Origin: Vibrio vulnificus CMCP6
GTDB lineage: Bacteria > Pseudomonadota > Gammaproteobacteria > Enterobacterales > Vibrionaceae
Direction of reading: 5' to 3'
Length of the DNA stretch: 32,000 nt
NCBI RefSeq assembly: GCF_000039765.1
Contig: NC_004459.3
Span: 2,241,127 to 2,273,126 of the forward strand
Shown here: piece after piece, positions 9,295 to 18,750 of the stretch
How positions within the stretch are numbered: the first letter of the stretch is position 1
How the letters are laid out: every line of letters begins with the position of its first letter
The notes under the pieces: generated by a model
Databases searched by the model: none
What the model saw: only the letters and a program-made list of their open reading frames with translations
Told to the model about the DNA's origin: nothing
Made by a program: the position numbers and the translations under genes

Positions 9295-9386
9295 TCGTCA
9301 GTTCCCCCTGACGAGAAGCCCAAGAAAGCTCGAACCGTAAGGTGAAGAGCACACCAAAAAGCTCCGCTGGTACTGCCAAGCGGAGC
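9295..9386 (+). promoter_or_regulatory. Two intercistronic stem-loops between the TRAP binding-protein and permease genes
   Basis: Hairpin 1 is tcgtcag/ctgacga (9295-9314). Hairpin 2 is gctccgct/agcggagc (9361-9386). Neither has a U-tract, which fits mRNA-stabilising or partial-attenuation elements that raise the binding-protein to permease ratio. Confidence 0.45.
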
Positions 9387-9413
9387 ATCTTTCAAAGTTC
9401 CATGGAGTAGGGA

Positions 9414-9953
9414 ATGAGAAATTTAATTTACATTGAACGTCTCTTTAACCGCTTTGGCGATCTTCTAGGATGGCTTTCCAGCGTGCTGTTTATTTTGCTG
9501 CTGGCCAACGTTGTCTACGATGTTGTCATGCGCTATGTGTTCAATGACGTATCCATCGCCTTCCAAGAAATGGAGTGGCATCTATTCTCAGCGGTCTTTT
9601 TGCTCGGTATTCCTTTTGCGCTGAAGTCGGGTGGTCATGTTCGCGTTGACCTTTTCTATGAGCGCTTATCGCATCGCGCGCAGGCTATTATCGACTTGCT
9701 AGGCACGATCTTTTTTCTATTTCCATTCTGTTTGCTGGTGGCTTGGTTCGGTATCGATTTTGCCAAAGAAAGCTACGCCTTAGGAGAAACATCGGGTGAC
9801 CCTGGTGGTTTGCCTTATCGTTGGGTGATTAAGGCGATCATTCCACTTTCCTTCCTCTTCATGGCAATAAGTGGTGTCGGCCTGCTTCTTCATTCACTCA
9901 ATAAAATCGTTAACCCGCATCTTATGCATCAATCTCCATCAGATAAGTCGTAA
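9414..9953 (+). CDS. TRAP transporter small permease (DctQ family)
   Basis: 179 aa with four predicted TM helices, positioned between the DctP-like and DctM-like genes. Confidence 0.85.
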   Translation: MRNLIYIERLFNRFGDLLGWLSSVLFILLLANVVYDVVMRYVFNDVSIAFQEMEWHLFSAVFLLGIPFALKSGGHVRVDLFYERLSHRAQAIIDLLGTIFFLFPFCLLVAWFGIDFAKESYALGETSGDPGGLPYRWVIKAIIPLSFLFMAISGVGLLLHSLNKIVNPHLMHQSPSDKS

Positions 9954-9963
9954 GGAAATCAGG

Positions 9964-11250
9964 ATGATCGGTATAGTAATGTTTTTTGTAGCCTTGTTTG
10001 CGCTACTGCTTGGTTTCCCTGTGGCATTTACCTTTGGTGGTATTGCGCTGTTGTTTGGCGTATGGGCAGAAGGGATTGAAATGTTTGCCTTCATGCCGTA
10101 TCGCATTCAATCCATCATGGAAAATACGGTGTTGATGGCGGTGCCTCTGTTTGTCTTCATGGGCTTGGTACTGCAGAAAACCCGTCTTGCAGAGCAGTTG
10201 CTTGAATCTATGGGCAAGCTGTTTGGCAGTGTGCGTGGCGGTTTGGCGATTTCAACCGTGCTGGTGGGCGCGCTTCTGGCTGCCTCAACCGGCGTTGTGG
10301 GCGCTTCTGTGGTAGCGATGGGATTGATCTCATTGCCAGTCATGTTGAAGTACAACTACGACAAAGGGCTAGCGTGCGGCACCATTTGTGCGTCCGGCAC
10401 CTTAGGGCAAATTATTCCGCCTTCGATTGTCTTGATCCTATTGGGTGATGTGCTCGGCGTGCCAGTAGGCGATCTGTTCCAAGCGGCAGTGTGGCCGGGA
10501 ATTGTGCTGGTGGGCGTGTATGTTATCTATATTTTGATTTATGCAAAACTAAATCCAGAAGCGGCTCAGCCGATGGAGCGCGATGATACCATCAGCCGCA
10601 AGCAAGAAGTTATCAAAGCGTTGAAAGCGGTGATCCCGCCTTTGGCTTTGATTGTGGTGGTGCTTGGTTCCATCTTTGCCGGTGTAGCAACACCCACCGA
10701 GTCTGCTGCGTTAGGTGGCGCGGGTGCGATTGTGCTGGCCATTCTGTACAAGCAATTTAGCTGGGGCATGGTATACGATTCAGCTAAAGAAACCGTCAAA
10801 GTCACCGCAATGGTGTTTGCTATATTGCTAGGGGCGACGGCATTCTCCATGGCCTTTACTTACACCGGTGGCGACGAGCTGGTGGAAGAGTGGATGCTGG
10901 CTATCCCAGGTGATAAATGGGGCTTCCTCATTATCACGATGTTGGTGATTTTGATCCTCGGTTTCTTCATCGATTTCGTTGAAATCTGCTTCATTATTGT
11001 GCCAATTCTTGCGCCTGTGGCTGAAATTTTGGGTATCAACATGACGTGGTTTGCGATTTTGATTGCGATGAACTTGCAGACATCGTTCTTGACGCCGCCC
11101 TTTGGCTTTAGCCTTTTCTACCTCAAAGGGGTCGCTCCGGCGGGCGTGACCACGCGAGATATTTATCGCGGTGTGATGCCATTTATCGGCTTACAAATAC
11201 TGGTGTTGGCCTCACTGCTGGTGTTCCCATCTTTTTATGGCATGGGTTAG
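9964..11250 (+). CDS. TRAP transporter large permease (DctM family)
   Basis: A polytopic membrane protein of about 428 aa with DctM-type sequence. The start is taken at ATG 9964 (MIGIVMFFVALF), 11 nt after the dctQ stop. The track ORF start at 9871 would overlap dctQ by 83 nt and adds non-hydrophobic residues. Confidence 0.88.
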   Translation: MIGIVMFFVALFALLLGFPVAFTFGGIALLFGVWAEGIEMFAFMPYRIQSIMENTVLMAVPLFVFMGLVLQKTRLAEQLLESMGKLFGSVRGGLAISTVLVGALLAASTGVVGASVVAMGLISLPVMLKYNYDKGLACGTICASGTLGQIIPPSIVLILLGDVLGVPVGDLFQAAVWPGIVLVGVYVIYILIYAKLNPEAAQPMERDDTISRKQEVIKALKAVIPPLALIVVVLGSIFAGVATPTESAALGGAGAIVLAILYKQFSWGMVYDSAKETVKVTAMVFAILLGATAFSMAFTYTGGDELVEEWMLAIPGDKWGFLIITMLVILILGFFIDFVEICFIIVPILAPVAEILGINMTWFAILIAMNLQTSFLTPPFGFSLFYLKGVAPAGVTTRDIYRGVMPFIGLQILVLASLLVFPSFYGMG

Positions 11251-11316
11251 ATCGCTAATTTGCTGGATTTGTGAACCAAAAGTTTCAATATTGGTGCCGT
11301 AGTTGATAGAGTAAAA

Positions 11317-11350
11317 CTGCTTCCAAGGAGTGGAAGCAGTTTCTTTATTA
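11317..11350 (+). terminator. Rho-independent terminator after the TRAP operon
   Basis: ctgcttcca-aggag-tggaagcag followed by tttctttatt. Confidence 0.75.
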
Positions 11351-11361
11351 GGGACTGAAGT

Positions 11362-12717
11362 ATGCCACTGAAAGTTAAGTTAATTCTGCTAACATTACTG
11401 CCACTGTTGTTGGTTTCTGCCAGCATCAGTTGGATCTCTATTTATCAAGCGAAAACCTTAGGGCATAAGGAAGTGGCGATTTTCAAACAGAGCTTGATAA
11501 AGTCGCGTGAAAGCGCACTGAAAGATAGTGTCGATCAAGCGTTCGATGCCATTTCTTACATCTACAACAACCCTGATTTGTCTCAAGAGGAAGCGCAGCG
11601 CCGAGTCAAAGCGCTGTTGACGCAAATTCGCTATGGTGCGGATGGTTATTTTTTCGCGTACGACAAGCGGGGCACAAACTTGGTTCATCCCATACTGCCC
11701 GAACTTGTCGGACAAAACTTACTGCATATCCAAGATCAAAATGGTGACCACTTGATTGAAGCGCTGTTGTATCAAGCGCAAACGGGGGGTGGTTTTCACC
11801 AGTATTTATGGCAGAAACCGTCAACGGGGGAGACGGTCCCTAAACTCAGTTATGCGGCTTGGCTGGATAAATGGGATTGGATGATAGGGACGGGTCTGTA
11901 CATTGAAGACATCAGTGAAGAAGTGGCGAACATGCAGGCCGCTATCAATAAAAATATTGAAACGACATTCTTCTCGGTGGTGGTGATTTTGTTGGTCACG
12001 GTCTCGGTCATTGTGGTGCTGACGTTAGCCATCAACCTGCACGAACACCGTTTGGCCGATAAAAACCTCAAAGAGCTGGCCCACAAGACGGTGATGTTTC
12101 AAGAAGATGAGAAAAAACACCTCGCACGTGAGCTCCATGACGGGATTAACCAACTGTTGGTTTCAAGCAAATGTCATTTGGAGTTGCTGGCGCACAAGGT
12201 GCAAGACCCATCGCTAAAAGTGCATCTCGACAAATCTCAACAATCGCTCACCACGGCCATTAACGAAGTTCGTCATATCTCACATCAGCTTCGCCCCAGC
12301 GCGCTGGATGACATTGGCCTTGAAGCGGCGTTATCGAGTTTGATGCAAGATTTTCGTTCCCACTCAGGCATAGAGATCGACATTTTATTCGATACGCAAG
12401 ATGGCCGTTTAAAATCCGAGGTGGCCACGACACTCTATCGGGTGGTACAAGAGTCGCTCAACAACATTGAAAAACACGCAGGTGCGAAAAAAGTGACGGT
12501 GATTTTGCAGCAGATGGGCAATATTCTTCAATTACTGATTCGCGATGATGGCTATGGGTTTAACGTCAGTGATGCTTTACGTAAACGAGGCATTGGGCTA
12601 AGAAATATGAGAGAGCGAGTGGAGTTCATTGGTGGTGATTTTGAACTAATGAGTGAGCCTGGCTTTGGGACTGAAATAACGGTGTTACTGAATTTAGATG
12701 GATTGACCTATGGATAA
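11362..12717 (+). CDS. Sensor histidine kinase, NarX/LiaS type (HisKA_3) with a periplasmic single-Cache (sCache_2-like) domain
   Basis: An N-terminal TM helix is followed by Cache_2 signatures YGADGYFFAYDKRGTNLVHP and WDWMIGTGLYIEDI, then a second TM. The H-box is ELHDGINQLL, and the HATPase N/G boxes are ESLNNIEKHA, RDDGYGF and GIGLRNM. Confidence 0.88.
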   Translation: MPLKVKLILLTLLPLLLVSASISWISIYQAKTLGHKEVAIFKQSLIKSRESALKDSVDQAFDAISYIYNNPDLSQEEAQRRVKALLTQIRYGADGYFFAYDKRGTNLVHPILPELVGQNLLHIQDQNGDHLIEALLYQAQTGGGFHQYLWQKPSTGETVPKLSYAAWLDKWDWMIGTGLYIEDISEEVANMQAAINKNIETTFFSVVVILLVTVSVIVVLTLAINLHEHRLADKNLKELAHKTVMFQEDEKKHLARELHDGINQLLVSSKCHLELLAHKVQDPSLKVHLDKSQQSLTTAINEVRHISHQLRPSALDDIGLEAALSSLMQDFRSHSGIEIDILFDTQDGRLKSEVATTLYRVVQESLNNIEKHAGAKKVTVILQQMGNILQLLIRDDGYGFNVSDALRKRGIGLRNMRERVEFIGGDFELMSEPGFGTEITVLLNLDGLTYG

Positions 12718-13348
12718 GCCAATTCGAGTTGTAATAGTCGATGATCATCAAGTGGTGTTGGATGGGTTTATGGCTCGATTGGAAATGGAGCCGGAAATCG
12801 ATGTGGTTGGCACCGCAAGCAATGGTTTGGAAGCCTTGGACGTGGTGAAACAGCATAAACCCGATGTGGTTTTGATGGACATCAGCATGCCCATTTTGAA
12901 TGGCATTGAAGCGACCCGAATGATCAAAGCGGAGTGGCCTGAGGCCAAAATTTTGATGCTGACCATGCATGATAATCGCGAATACATCATGAAGGTGATG
13001 CAAGAGGGCGCAGTCGGTTACATGCTCAAAGAAATATCGGCGGAGAAAATGGTGCAAGCAATCAAGACCGTCAACCAAGGCTCAACGTATTTCTGTGAAT
13101 CCGTCACGCAAACATTGTTCACGCAAGAAATTGTCCCCGCGGCCCAAAGGCCAAATCCACTCAGTCGTCGTGAAGAAGCGGTGTTAAAACTGGTTGCACA
13201 AGGACACAGCAGCAAAAAAATTGCGACGTTACTGGAGATCAGCTATCGGACGGTTGAAACACATCGTCACAACATCAAACATAAATTAGATTTGAACTCG
13301 ACAGCAGAACTGGCGAAGTATGCGCTAGAGCAAGGGCTGATTGAATAG
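12710..13348 (+). CDS. NarL/LuxR-family response regulator
   Basis: REC domain (VVIVDDHQ…DVVLMDISMP…K) plus a C-terminal LuxR HTH (LSRREEAVLKLVAQGHSSKKIATLLEISYRTVETHRHNIKHKL). The start overlaps the kinase stop (ATGGATAA), implying translational coupling. Confidence 0.92.
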   Translation: MDKPIRVVIVDDHQVVLDGFMARLEMEPEIDVVGTASNGLEALDVVKQHKPDVVLMDISMPILNGIEATRMIKAEWPEAKILMLTMHDNREYIMKVMQEGAVGYMLKEISAEKMVQAIKTVNQGSTYFCESVTQTLFTQEIVPAAQRPNPLSRREEAVLKLVAQGHSSKKIATLLEISYRTVETHRHNIKHKLDLNSTAELAKYALEQGLIE

Positions 13349-13368
13349 GGGGGAGCACCCCTATTCAA
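13341..13368. terminator. 11-bp perfect stem-loop between the convergent response-regulator and MarR genes
   Basis: ttgaatagggg-ggagca-cccctattcaa, overlapping the response-regulator stop codon. No clear U-tract on either strand, so a terminator function is tentative. Confidence 0.4.
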
Positions 13369-13422
13369 TGTTGCAAATCTCGTGGCCTCTTTGAAAAACA
13401 TGCCTGCAATGGGCTCGCCGTG

Positions 13423-13908
13423 TTAAGACTCTTGCTCGGTTTTGGCGATATTGCCAATTTCAAGAATAGGCGCAACGTCTATTTGCTCCGCACTCATCAT
13501 GCTAGAGATGCGTTGCACCGAAGAGAGTAGCAACGACTGCTCCCACTCCTGCAGTTTTTGAAATTCAGTCACAAAGTTTTCTTGCAATGGCATCGGTGCT
13601 TGTGCAAGCAGCGCTGTTCCTGATTCTGTCAATATCGCGTGGACCTTTCGCTTGTCTTCTTGGCTACGTACACGCTGCACATGACCATTCCTTTCGAGGC
13701 GATCAAGGATAGTGGTTGCGGTGGCTTGGCTCATGTTGGTGTGATTAGACAACTGACGGATGGTCACCTCACCCAGATCTTTTATGGCCCGCATCAAGAT
13801 AAGCTGTGGCGCGGTAAGCCCAGACACCTTGTTCAGTTTCTTTGAATGGAGATCGATCGCGCGAATGATTTGACGAATTGCGATCAGGACTTCTTCATGT
13901 TTTTCCAC
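13423..13908 (-). CDS. cosR: MarR-family transcriptional repressor, CosR/EctR-like
   Basis: 161 aa with a winged-HTH MarR core (LTAPQLILMRAIKDLGEVTIRQLSNHTNMSQATATTILDRLERNGHVQRVRSQEDKRKV). It is divergent from a BCCT transporter gene. From memory, this is the arrangement of cosR-opuD in V. cholerae. The symbol rests on that context, not on a search. Confidence 0.7.
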   Translation of the reverse strand: MEKHEEVLIAIRQIIRAIDLHSKKLNKVSGLTAPQLILMRAIKDLGEVTIRQLSNHTNMSQATATTILDRLERNGHVQRVRSQEDKRKVHAILTESGTALLAQAPMPLQENFVTEFQKLQEWEQSLLLSSVQRISSMMSAEQIDVAPILEIGNIAKTEQES

Positions 13909-14301
13909 TATGGCCAGCCTATCCGATTTTTACTGTTGGGGGTGATTTGCACATATCGCGATTGACTCGACCTTAATTCGTTGAATCCCTTATACATCAA
14001 GGGGACAAGTTTGAAATGGAAGAGGCAATAAGAAGCGCATTTTAGCGCATCTTTTGGTAAATTTCACTTCGTTGTGTAATGTTTAGATGTCGAATTATTT
14101 GTTGTGTCGTTTAACTGATTATATTGTTCCTTTAATTGAGGTTTAGGCCTGATTTTTGGTGGTAATTTGCATTTTGTGTGCGATTTCTGTTAGGGTATTA
14201 GCCGATTTGAAATGGTAAATGTGTTGTTCTCTAACTAATATTGGGCTGTATTTTCAAAATTAGTTAGTGTCTTTTGAAAAGTTATCGTTAAGTGAGTGAG
14301 A

Positions 14302-15873
14302 ATGACAAAAGGTATAGATAAGTACAGTATTGACAGTACGGACTACACCGTTGGACAAGATAATGTTCAGCGTTGGGGATTCGATGTTCACAACCCAGTT
14401 TTCGGCATCAGTGCTGGATTAGTGGGTCTATTTTTAGTTGCTGCATTAGTGTTGGATGCGCACACGATGAAAACCGCTTTAGACGGTATTAAATGGCAAA
14501 TCATCGGCGCGTTTGACTGGTTGTTTATTTGGTCGGGCAATATTTTTGTCATCTTCTGTTTGGCGTTGATCGTCTCTCCGTTAGGTAAGATTCGCTTAGG
14601 TGGTCGTGACGCAGTCGCGGATTACTCTTTTTTATCTTGGATCGCCATGCTTTTTGCAGCAGGGATGGGTATTGGCTTAATGTTCTGGAGTGTGGCCGAG
14701 CCAGTTGCCTACTTCACTGGCTGGTACGAAACACCGCTCAACGTTACGCCAAATAGCCCTGAAGCTGCTAAGTTGGCGATGGGCGCGACCATGTTCCACT
14801 GGGGATTGCATCCTTGGGCGATTTACGGTGTTGTTGCACTCTCGTTGGCCTTCTTTACTTACAACAAAGGCCTGCCGCTTTCGATGCGCTCTATTTTTTA
14901 CCCTTTGCTGGGTGATCGCGCATGGGGTTGGGCAGGGCATCTGGTTGATATTTTAGCTGTGGTCGCCACCTTATTTGGCCTTGCTACTTCCTTGGGATTG
15001 GGCGCACAGCAGGCTGCCAGCGGTATCCACCATGTGTTTGGTGTGGAAGCGGGTCTTGGCCTACAAATCGCGGTGATCACCGTGGTGACTTTGCTGGCTG
15101 TGGTTTCGGTTGTCCGTGGTATTGATGGCGGTGTAAAAGTCATTAGTAACATCAATATGCTGGTGGCGTTTGCTCTGTTAGCGTTGGTTGGCTTGATTGG
15201 TTGGGCGGTCAGTGTTGGTTCCGTCTCTACCACCTTAAGTGCCTATATTGAAAACATCATTCCTTTGAGTAATCCAATTGGTCGAGAAGACGAAGCTTGG
15301 TTCCAAGGTTGGACAGTATTCTACTGGGCATGGTGGATTTCATGGTCACCATTCGTGGGCATGTTCATCGCGCGCGTATCAAAAGGTCGCACCGTTCGTG
15401 AGTTTATGACAGCGGTACTGATTGTACCTACGGTGGTAACGCTGCTTTGGATGTCTGTGTTTGGCGGTATGGCGATTGACCAAGTGATTAACGGTATCGG
15501 CGAGCTGGGTGCGAAAGGGCTAACCGATGTGCCACTCGCGATGTTCCAGATGTTTGATCAGCTTCCATATGGCACTTTACTGTCGGTTATTGCTGTGGTG
15601 TTGGTGTTGGTGTTCTTTATTACCTCGTCGGACTCAGGTTCGTTGGTGATCGATTCCATTACCGCGGGCGGTAAGGTGGATGCACCTGTACTGCAGCGTG
15701 TATTCTGGGCCTTTATGGAAGGCGCGATTGCCGTTGCTTTGCTCTGGGTAGGTGGCACTGAAGCGATACAAGCACTGCAAGCGGGGGCGATTTCTACCGC
15801 ATTGCCATTCACCTTTATTTTGCTTGCAATGTGTGTCAGTTTGCTTATGGGTATGCGCACCGAGAAGCAATAA
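14302..15873 (+). CDS. opuD: BCCT-family compatible-solute transporter (glycine betaine/choline type, OpuD-like)
   Basis: About 523 aa and 12 TM, with the BCCT signature region WTVFYWAWWISWSPFVGMFIARVSKGRTVREF. The ATG at 14302 is preferred over the GTG at 14296 used by the track. Confidence 0.88.
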   Translation: MTKGIDKYSIDSTDYTVGQDNVQRWGFDVHNPVFGISAGLVGLFLVAALVLDAHTMKTALDGIKWQIIGAFDWLFIWSGNIFVIFCLALIVSPLGKIRLGGRDAVADYSFLSWIAMLFAAGMGIGLMFWSVAEPVAYFTGWYETPLNVTPNSPEAAKLAMGATMFHWGLHPWAIYGVVALSLAFFTYNKGLPLSMRSIFYPLLGDRAWGWAGHLVDILAVVATLFGLATSLGLGAQQAASGIHHVFGVEAGLGLQIAVITVVTLLAVVSVVRGIDGGVKVISNINMLVAFALLALVGLIGWAVSVGSVSTTLSAYIENIIPLSNPIGREDEAWFQGWTVFYWAWWISWSPFVGMFIARVSKGRTVREFMTAVLIVPTVVTLLWMSVFGGMAIDQVINGIGELGAKGLTDVPLAMFQMFDQLPYGTLLSVIAVVLVLVFFITSSDSGSLVIDSITAGGKVDAPVLQRVFWAFMEGAIAVALLWVGGTEAIQALQAGAISTALPFTFILLAMCVSLLMGMRTEKQ

Positions 15874-15889
15874 CCATTCATCTATCTCT

Positions 15890-15918
15890 AGCCGACCTTT
15901 ATGGTCGGCTTTTATTTG
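15890..15918 (+). terminator. Rho-independent terminator of the BCCT gene
   Basis: agccgacc-tttat-ggtcggct followed by tttatttg. Confidence 0.8.
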
Positions 15919-16062
15919 TCGTACGGTATAAAAATGACACTGATAATTGCATGGATAACAAAGACTTAACGTACTCTGTTTGCTGTAATAATTAGTGCAT
16001 CAATAATTGATTCTGTGTAATATCGCAGGCGAAAATTTGTTCCCCCAACAAGACCTTACGAC

Positions 16063-17946
16063 ATGAAATTAACCCTGAAACAAAAGCTCATAGGCGCAAG
16101 CCTATCGGCGGTAGTGATCATGGCTACCGTTTTGACTTGGCTGTCCGCTGGACAGCTGTTTGATCAAACCCGTAATGGCGTTTACGCTCGAGCAGAAAGC
16201 TTAGGTGTGGCGGCCTCACAAGGCATTTCTGACTGGATTGCGATTCGTAAAGACATTGCTCGCGCGTTTAACGATTACAGTGAAGAAAGCGATGTGGTGC
16301 CGTTTTTGCAGCAAGCGCGCAAAGCAGGCGGATTTGACGATATCTTTTTAGGTACGCCAGCAGGTGATATGTACCGCTCTCATCCTGAGCGTAATCGCCC
16401 TGATTATGATCCACGTGTTCGCCCTTGGTACAAGGATGCCACAGCCGCAGGCAAACAAATCATTACCACTGCTTATCAAGATGCCATCACCAATGCGCTA
16501 CTGGTGACCATTGCAGAACCCGTCAACCGTGGTGGTAAAATGGTGGGCGTTGTTGGTGCTGACGTTCTTATCGACCAACTGATCAATGACGTTATCAACC
16601 TCGATGCAGGTGAAAATGCTCATGCGATGCTGATCGATACACAAGATGGCACTTTCCTCGCACACCCAGACAAAAATCTTGCGCTCAAGCCCGTTAACAC
16701 TTTATTGAAACAATTTACTTTGCAAGATATCGAGCGCTCAGCGTCTCAAGGTAATATTGAAGAAGCGACCATTAACGGCAAACCTAAGCTTTTCTACTTC
16801 ACGAAGGTGCCTGAGACACCTTGGATGTTCGCGATTGAAATGGACAAAGCGACCGAAGAAGCAAGCCATAGCCAATTATTGCGTGAAATGCTGATCACAG
16901 CAGTGTTGATCACCATCGTGGTGATTGTTGCGGTTTCTTGGTTGGTGGGCTTCTTGTTCCGTGACCTAGGCCGTGTATCTAAAGCACTGGAAGAGATCGC
17001 TTCAGGTGAAGGCGACCTAACGCAACGTCTTGAGCCTCGCAGCGATGACGAAGTGGGCAAGTTGGCGGAAAACTTCAACCGTTTTGTCGGCAACATGCAC
17101 ACTATGGTGAGTAAGTTGAGCGCCGTTTCGGCTTCGTTGTCTGAGCAGGCGAAAACCACAGCAATGCGTGCAGAAGAGCGTAGTCAGCGCATTTCTCATC
17201 AGCAAGATGAGATCAACATGGTCGCGACGGCAGTGAATGAAATGGCAGCCGCAACGCAAGAGATCGCGGGCAATGCCGACCATACGGCGCAAAATGCGGA
17301 AGAAGCGGTTTCTGCCTGTGTGCATGGCTCTGAGCAAGTGACACAAACTCAAGGTTCGATCCAAAACTTGGCGAAAGAAGTGCAAGTCGCGACCAGTGTT
17401 ATCCAAGAGTTGGAAGCACACGGCAATGCCATCAACACCATTCTTTCTACCATTCAAGGGATTGCTGAGCAGACCAACTTATTGGCACTGAACGCAGCGA
17501 TTGAAGCGGCGCGTGCGGGTGAGCAAGGTCGTGGTTTCGCCGTGGTGGCCGATGAAGTTCGTGTGCTAAGTCAACGTACCCATGCTTCGACCAAAGAAAT
17601 CCAACACACGATTGAAATGCTGCAAGGTACAACCGTTCAAGCGGTGGGCATTATGGACGACAGCCGCCAGTTAGCGGGTACCAGCGTTGATGATGCGAAC
17701 TCGGCGGCAGTGAGCTTAACGCAAATCCATACCGCCGTTGAGCGCATCAGTGATATGGCAACGCAAATCGCGTCAGCAGCAGAAGAGCAGGCCTCTGTTA
17801 CCACCGAGATCACACGTAATACCGAAGGGATCCGCGACGTCTCTAACGAGCTCGCGTACGAAGCGCAGCAAGCGGCTACTCAAGCTGCGATGCTTTCTGA
17901 GCTATCACACGAGCTGGAACAGGAAATCCGACGCTTCAAACTGTAA
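16063..17946 (+). CDS. Methyl-accepting chemotaxis protein with a periplasmic double-Cache (dCache_1) sensor
   Basis: TM1, then dCache_1 motifs ([17 protein letters not shown]…[12 protein letters not shown]; [12 protein letters not shown]), TM2, HAMP, and the MCP signalling domain with the invariant tip [32 protein letters not shown]. Confidence 0.93.
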   Translation: MKLTLKQKLIGASLSAVVIMATVLTWLSAGQLFDQTRNGVYARAESLGVAASQGISDWIAIRKDIARAFNDYSEESDVVPFLQQARKAGGFDDIFLGTPAGDMYRSHPERNRPDYDPRVRPWYKDATAAGKQIITTAYQDAITNALLVTIAEPVNRGGKMVGVVGADVLIDQLINDVINLDAGENAHAMLIDTQDGTFLAHPDKNLALKPVNTLLKQFTLQDIERSASQGNIEEATINGKPKLFYFTKVPETPWMFAIEMDKATEEASHSQLLREMLITAVLITIVVIVAVSWLVGFLFRDLGRVSKALEEIASGEGDLTQRLEPRSDDEVGKLAENFNRFVGNMHTMVSKLSAVSASLSEQAKTTAMRAEERSQRISHQQDEINMVATAVNEMAAATQEIAGNADHTAQNAEEAVSACVHGSEQVTQTQGSIQNLAKEVQVATSVIQELEAHGNAINTILSTIQGIAEQTNLLALNAAIEAARAGEQGRGFAVVADEVRVLSQRTHASTKEIQHTIEMLQGTTVQAVGIMDDSRQLAGTSVDDANSAAVSLTQIHTAVERISDMATQIASAAEEQASVTTEITRNTEGIRDVSNELAYEAQQAATQAAMLSELSHELEQEIRRFKL

Positions 17947-17966
17947 GCGCTGTTGTTACACACCAA

Positions 17967-17996
17967 AAAGGAGCTGGTCATTCAGCTCCTTTATTA
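17967..17996. terminator. Bidirectional terminator between the MCP gene and the exonuclease gene
   Basis: aaaggagctg-gtcatt-cagctccttt, with a T/A-rich tail on the plus strand and T5 on the minus strand. Confidence 0.8.
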
Positions 17997-18030
17997 TGCT
18001 CGAAACTTGAGGCTTGTTCTTTTGCCTCGG

Positions 18031-18747
18031 CTATCGCCACAGCTCTGAAACAGGCGTCTGCGAGGAAAAGTGATGGGCGATCTGTGCTTGGAACAGCTCA
18101 GCGGTAGCAATGGCATCGGTGAGTGCGTGGTGTGCGGAGTAATCGGGTAGACCATAGCGACGACGACTTTGGGCTAAACGGACTGAAGGAAGCGATTTCC
18201 CTTTGAGTCGATTCAGCCAGCCACCAAATTGCTGTTTTGCCCACTGACTTTCAATTTCCATGGTGTCGATCAGGGGAAATTCAATGCCTTCATTGATTCG
18301 TTTACGTAACGCGCTATCAAAAAATGGCCGCTCAATATGTTGGTAGTGGACCACCACCACTTTACCCGCAAGGCAATCAAGCACTTCATCCAATACGTCG
18401 ATTAAGTCGGGCGCGCGCTGAACTTTACTGTGCGTAATACCATGAATGACGACGGACTCTTCATGCAACTGATCTTCCGGTTTGACTGTCCAATAGCGTG
18501 CCTGTTGCAGCCGTATTCGGTGTAAATCAAAGGGTACCAGCCCAATGGAAAGAATATCGTGTTGATTGGGATTTAAGCCAGTGGTTTCAAAGTCTAAGGC
18601 CACCAGTGGCGTTGAGCCTATCACTGTCTCACCCGAGACGGGCGGTGATTGATAAAATCGGCGCAAGCGCGCATCGGCAACTCGCTGCTGCTTTTGCAGG
18701 AATTTGTGCTGCCATTCAAGCTTGGTGGGTTTGAGTAAAGAGATCAT
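18031..18747 (-). CDS. DnaQ/epsilon-like DEDDh 3'-5' exonuclease
   Basis: 238 aa. Exo I is LDFETTGL, Exo II is the VVVVHYQHIERPFFD region, and Exo III is HHALTDAIATAELF (H-x4-D, so DEDDh). The start lies 3 nt after the stop of the upstream gene. Confidence 0.85.
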   Translation of the reverse strand: MISLLKPTKLEWQHKFLQKQQRVADARLRRFYQSPPVSGETVIGSTPLVALDFETTGLNPNQHDILSIGLVPFDLHRIRLQQARYWTVKPEDQLHEESVVIHGITHSKVQRAPDLIDVLDEVLDCLAGKVVVVHYQHIERPFFDSALRKRINEGIEFPLIDTMEIESQWAKQQFGGWLNRLKGKSLPSVRLAQSRRRYGLPDYSAHHALTDAIATAELFQAQIAHHFSSQTPVSELWR

Positions 18748-18750
18748 AAG

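Noticed and set aside
9871-9963. N-terminal extension of the TRAP large permease ORF
   Set aside because: It would overlap dctQ by 83 nt and adds 31 residues unlike DctM N-termini. The ATG at 9964, 11 nt after the dctQ stop, begins directly with the first TM helix.
17470-17570. Inverted repeat between the two MCP genes (17470-17570 versus 29400-29500)
   Set aside because: This is explained by the universally conserved MCP signalling-tip peptide (…[30 protein letters not shown]), encoded with many synonymous differences. It is protein conservation, not a structural DNA repeat.
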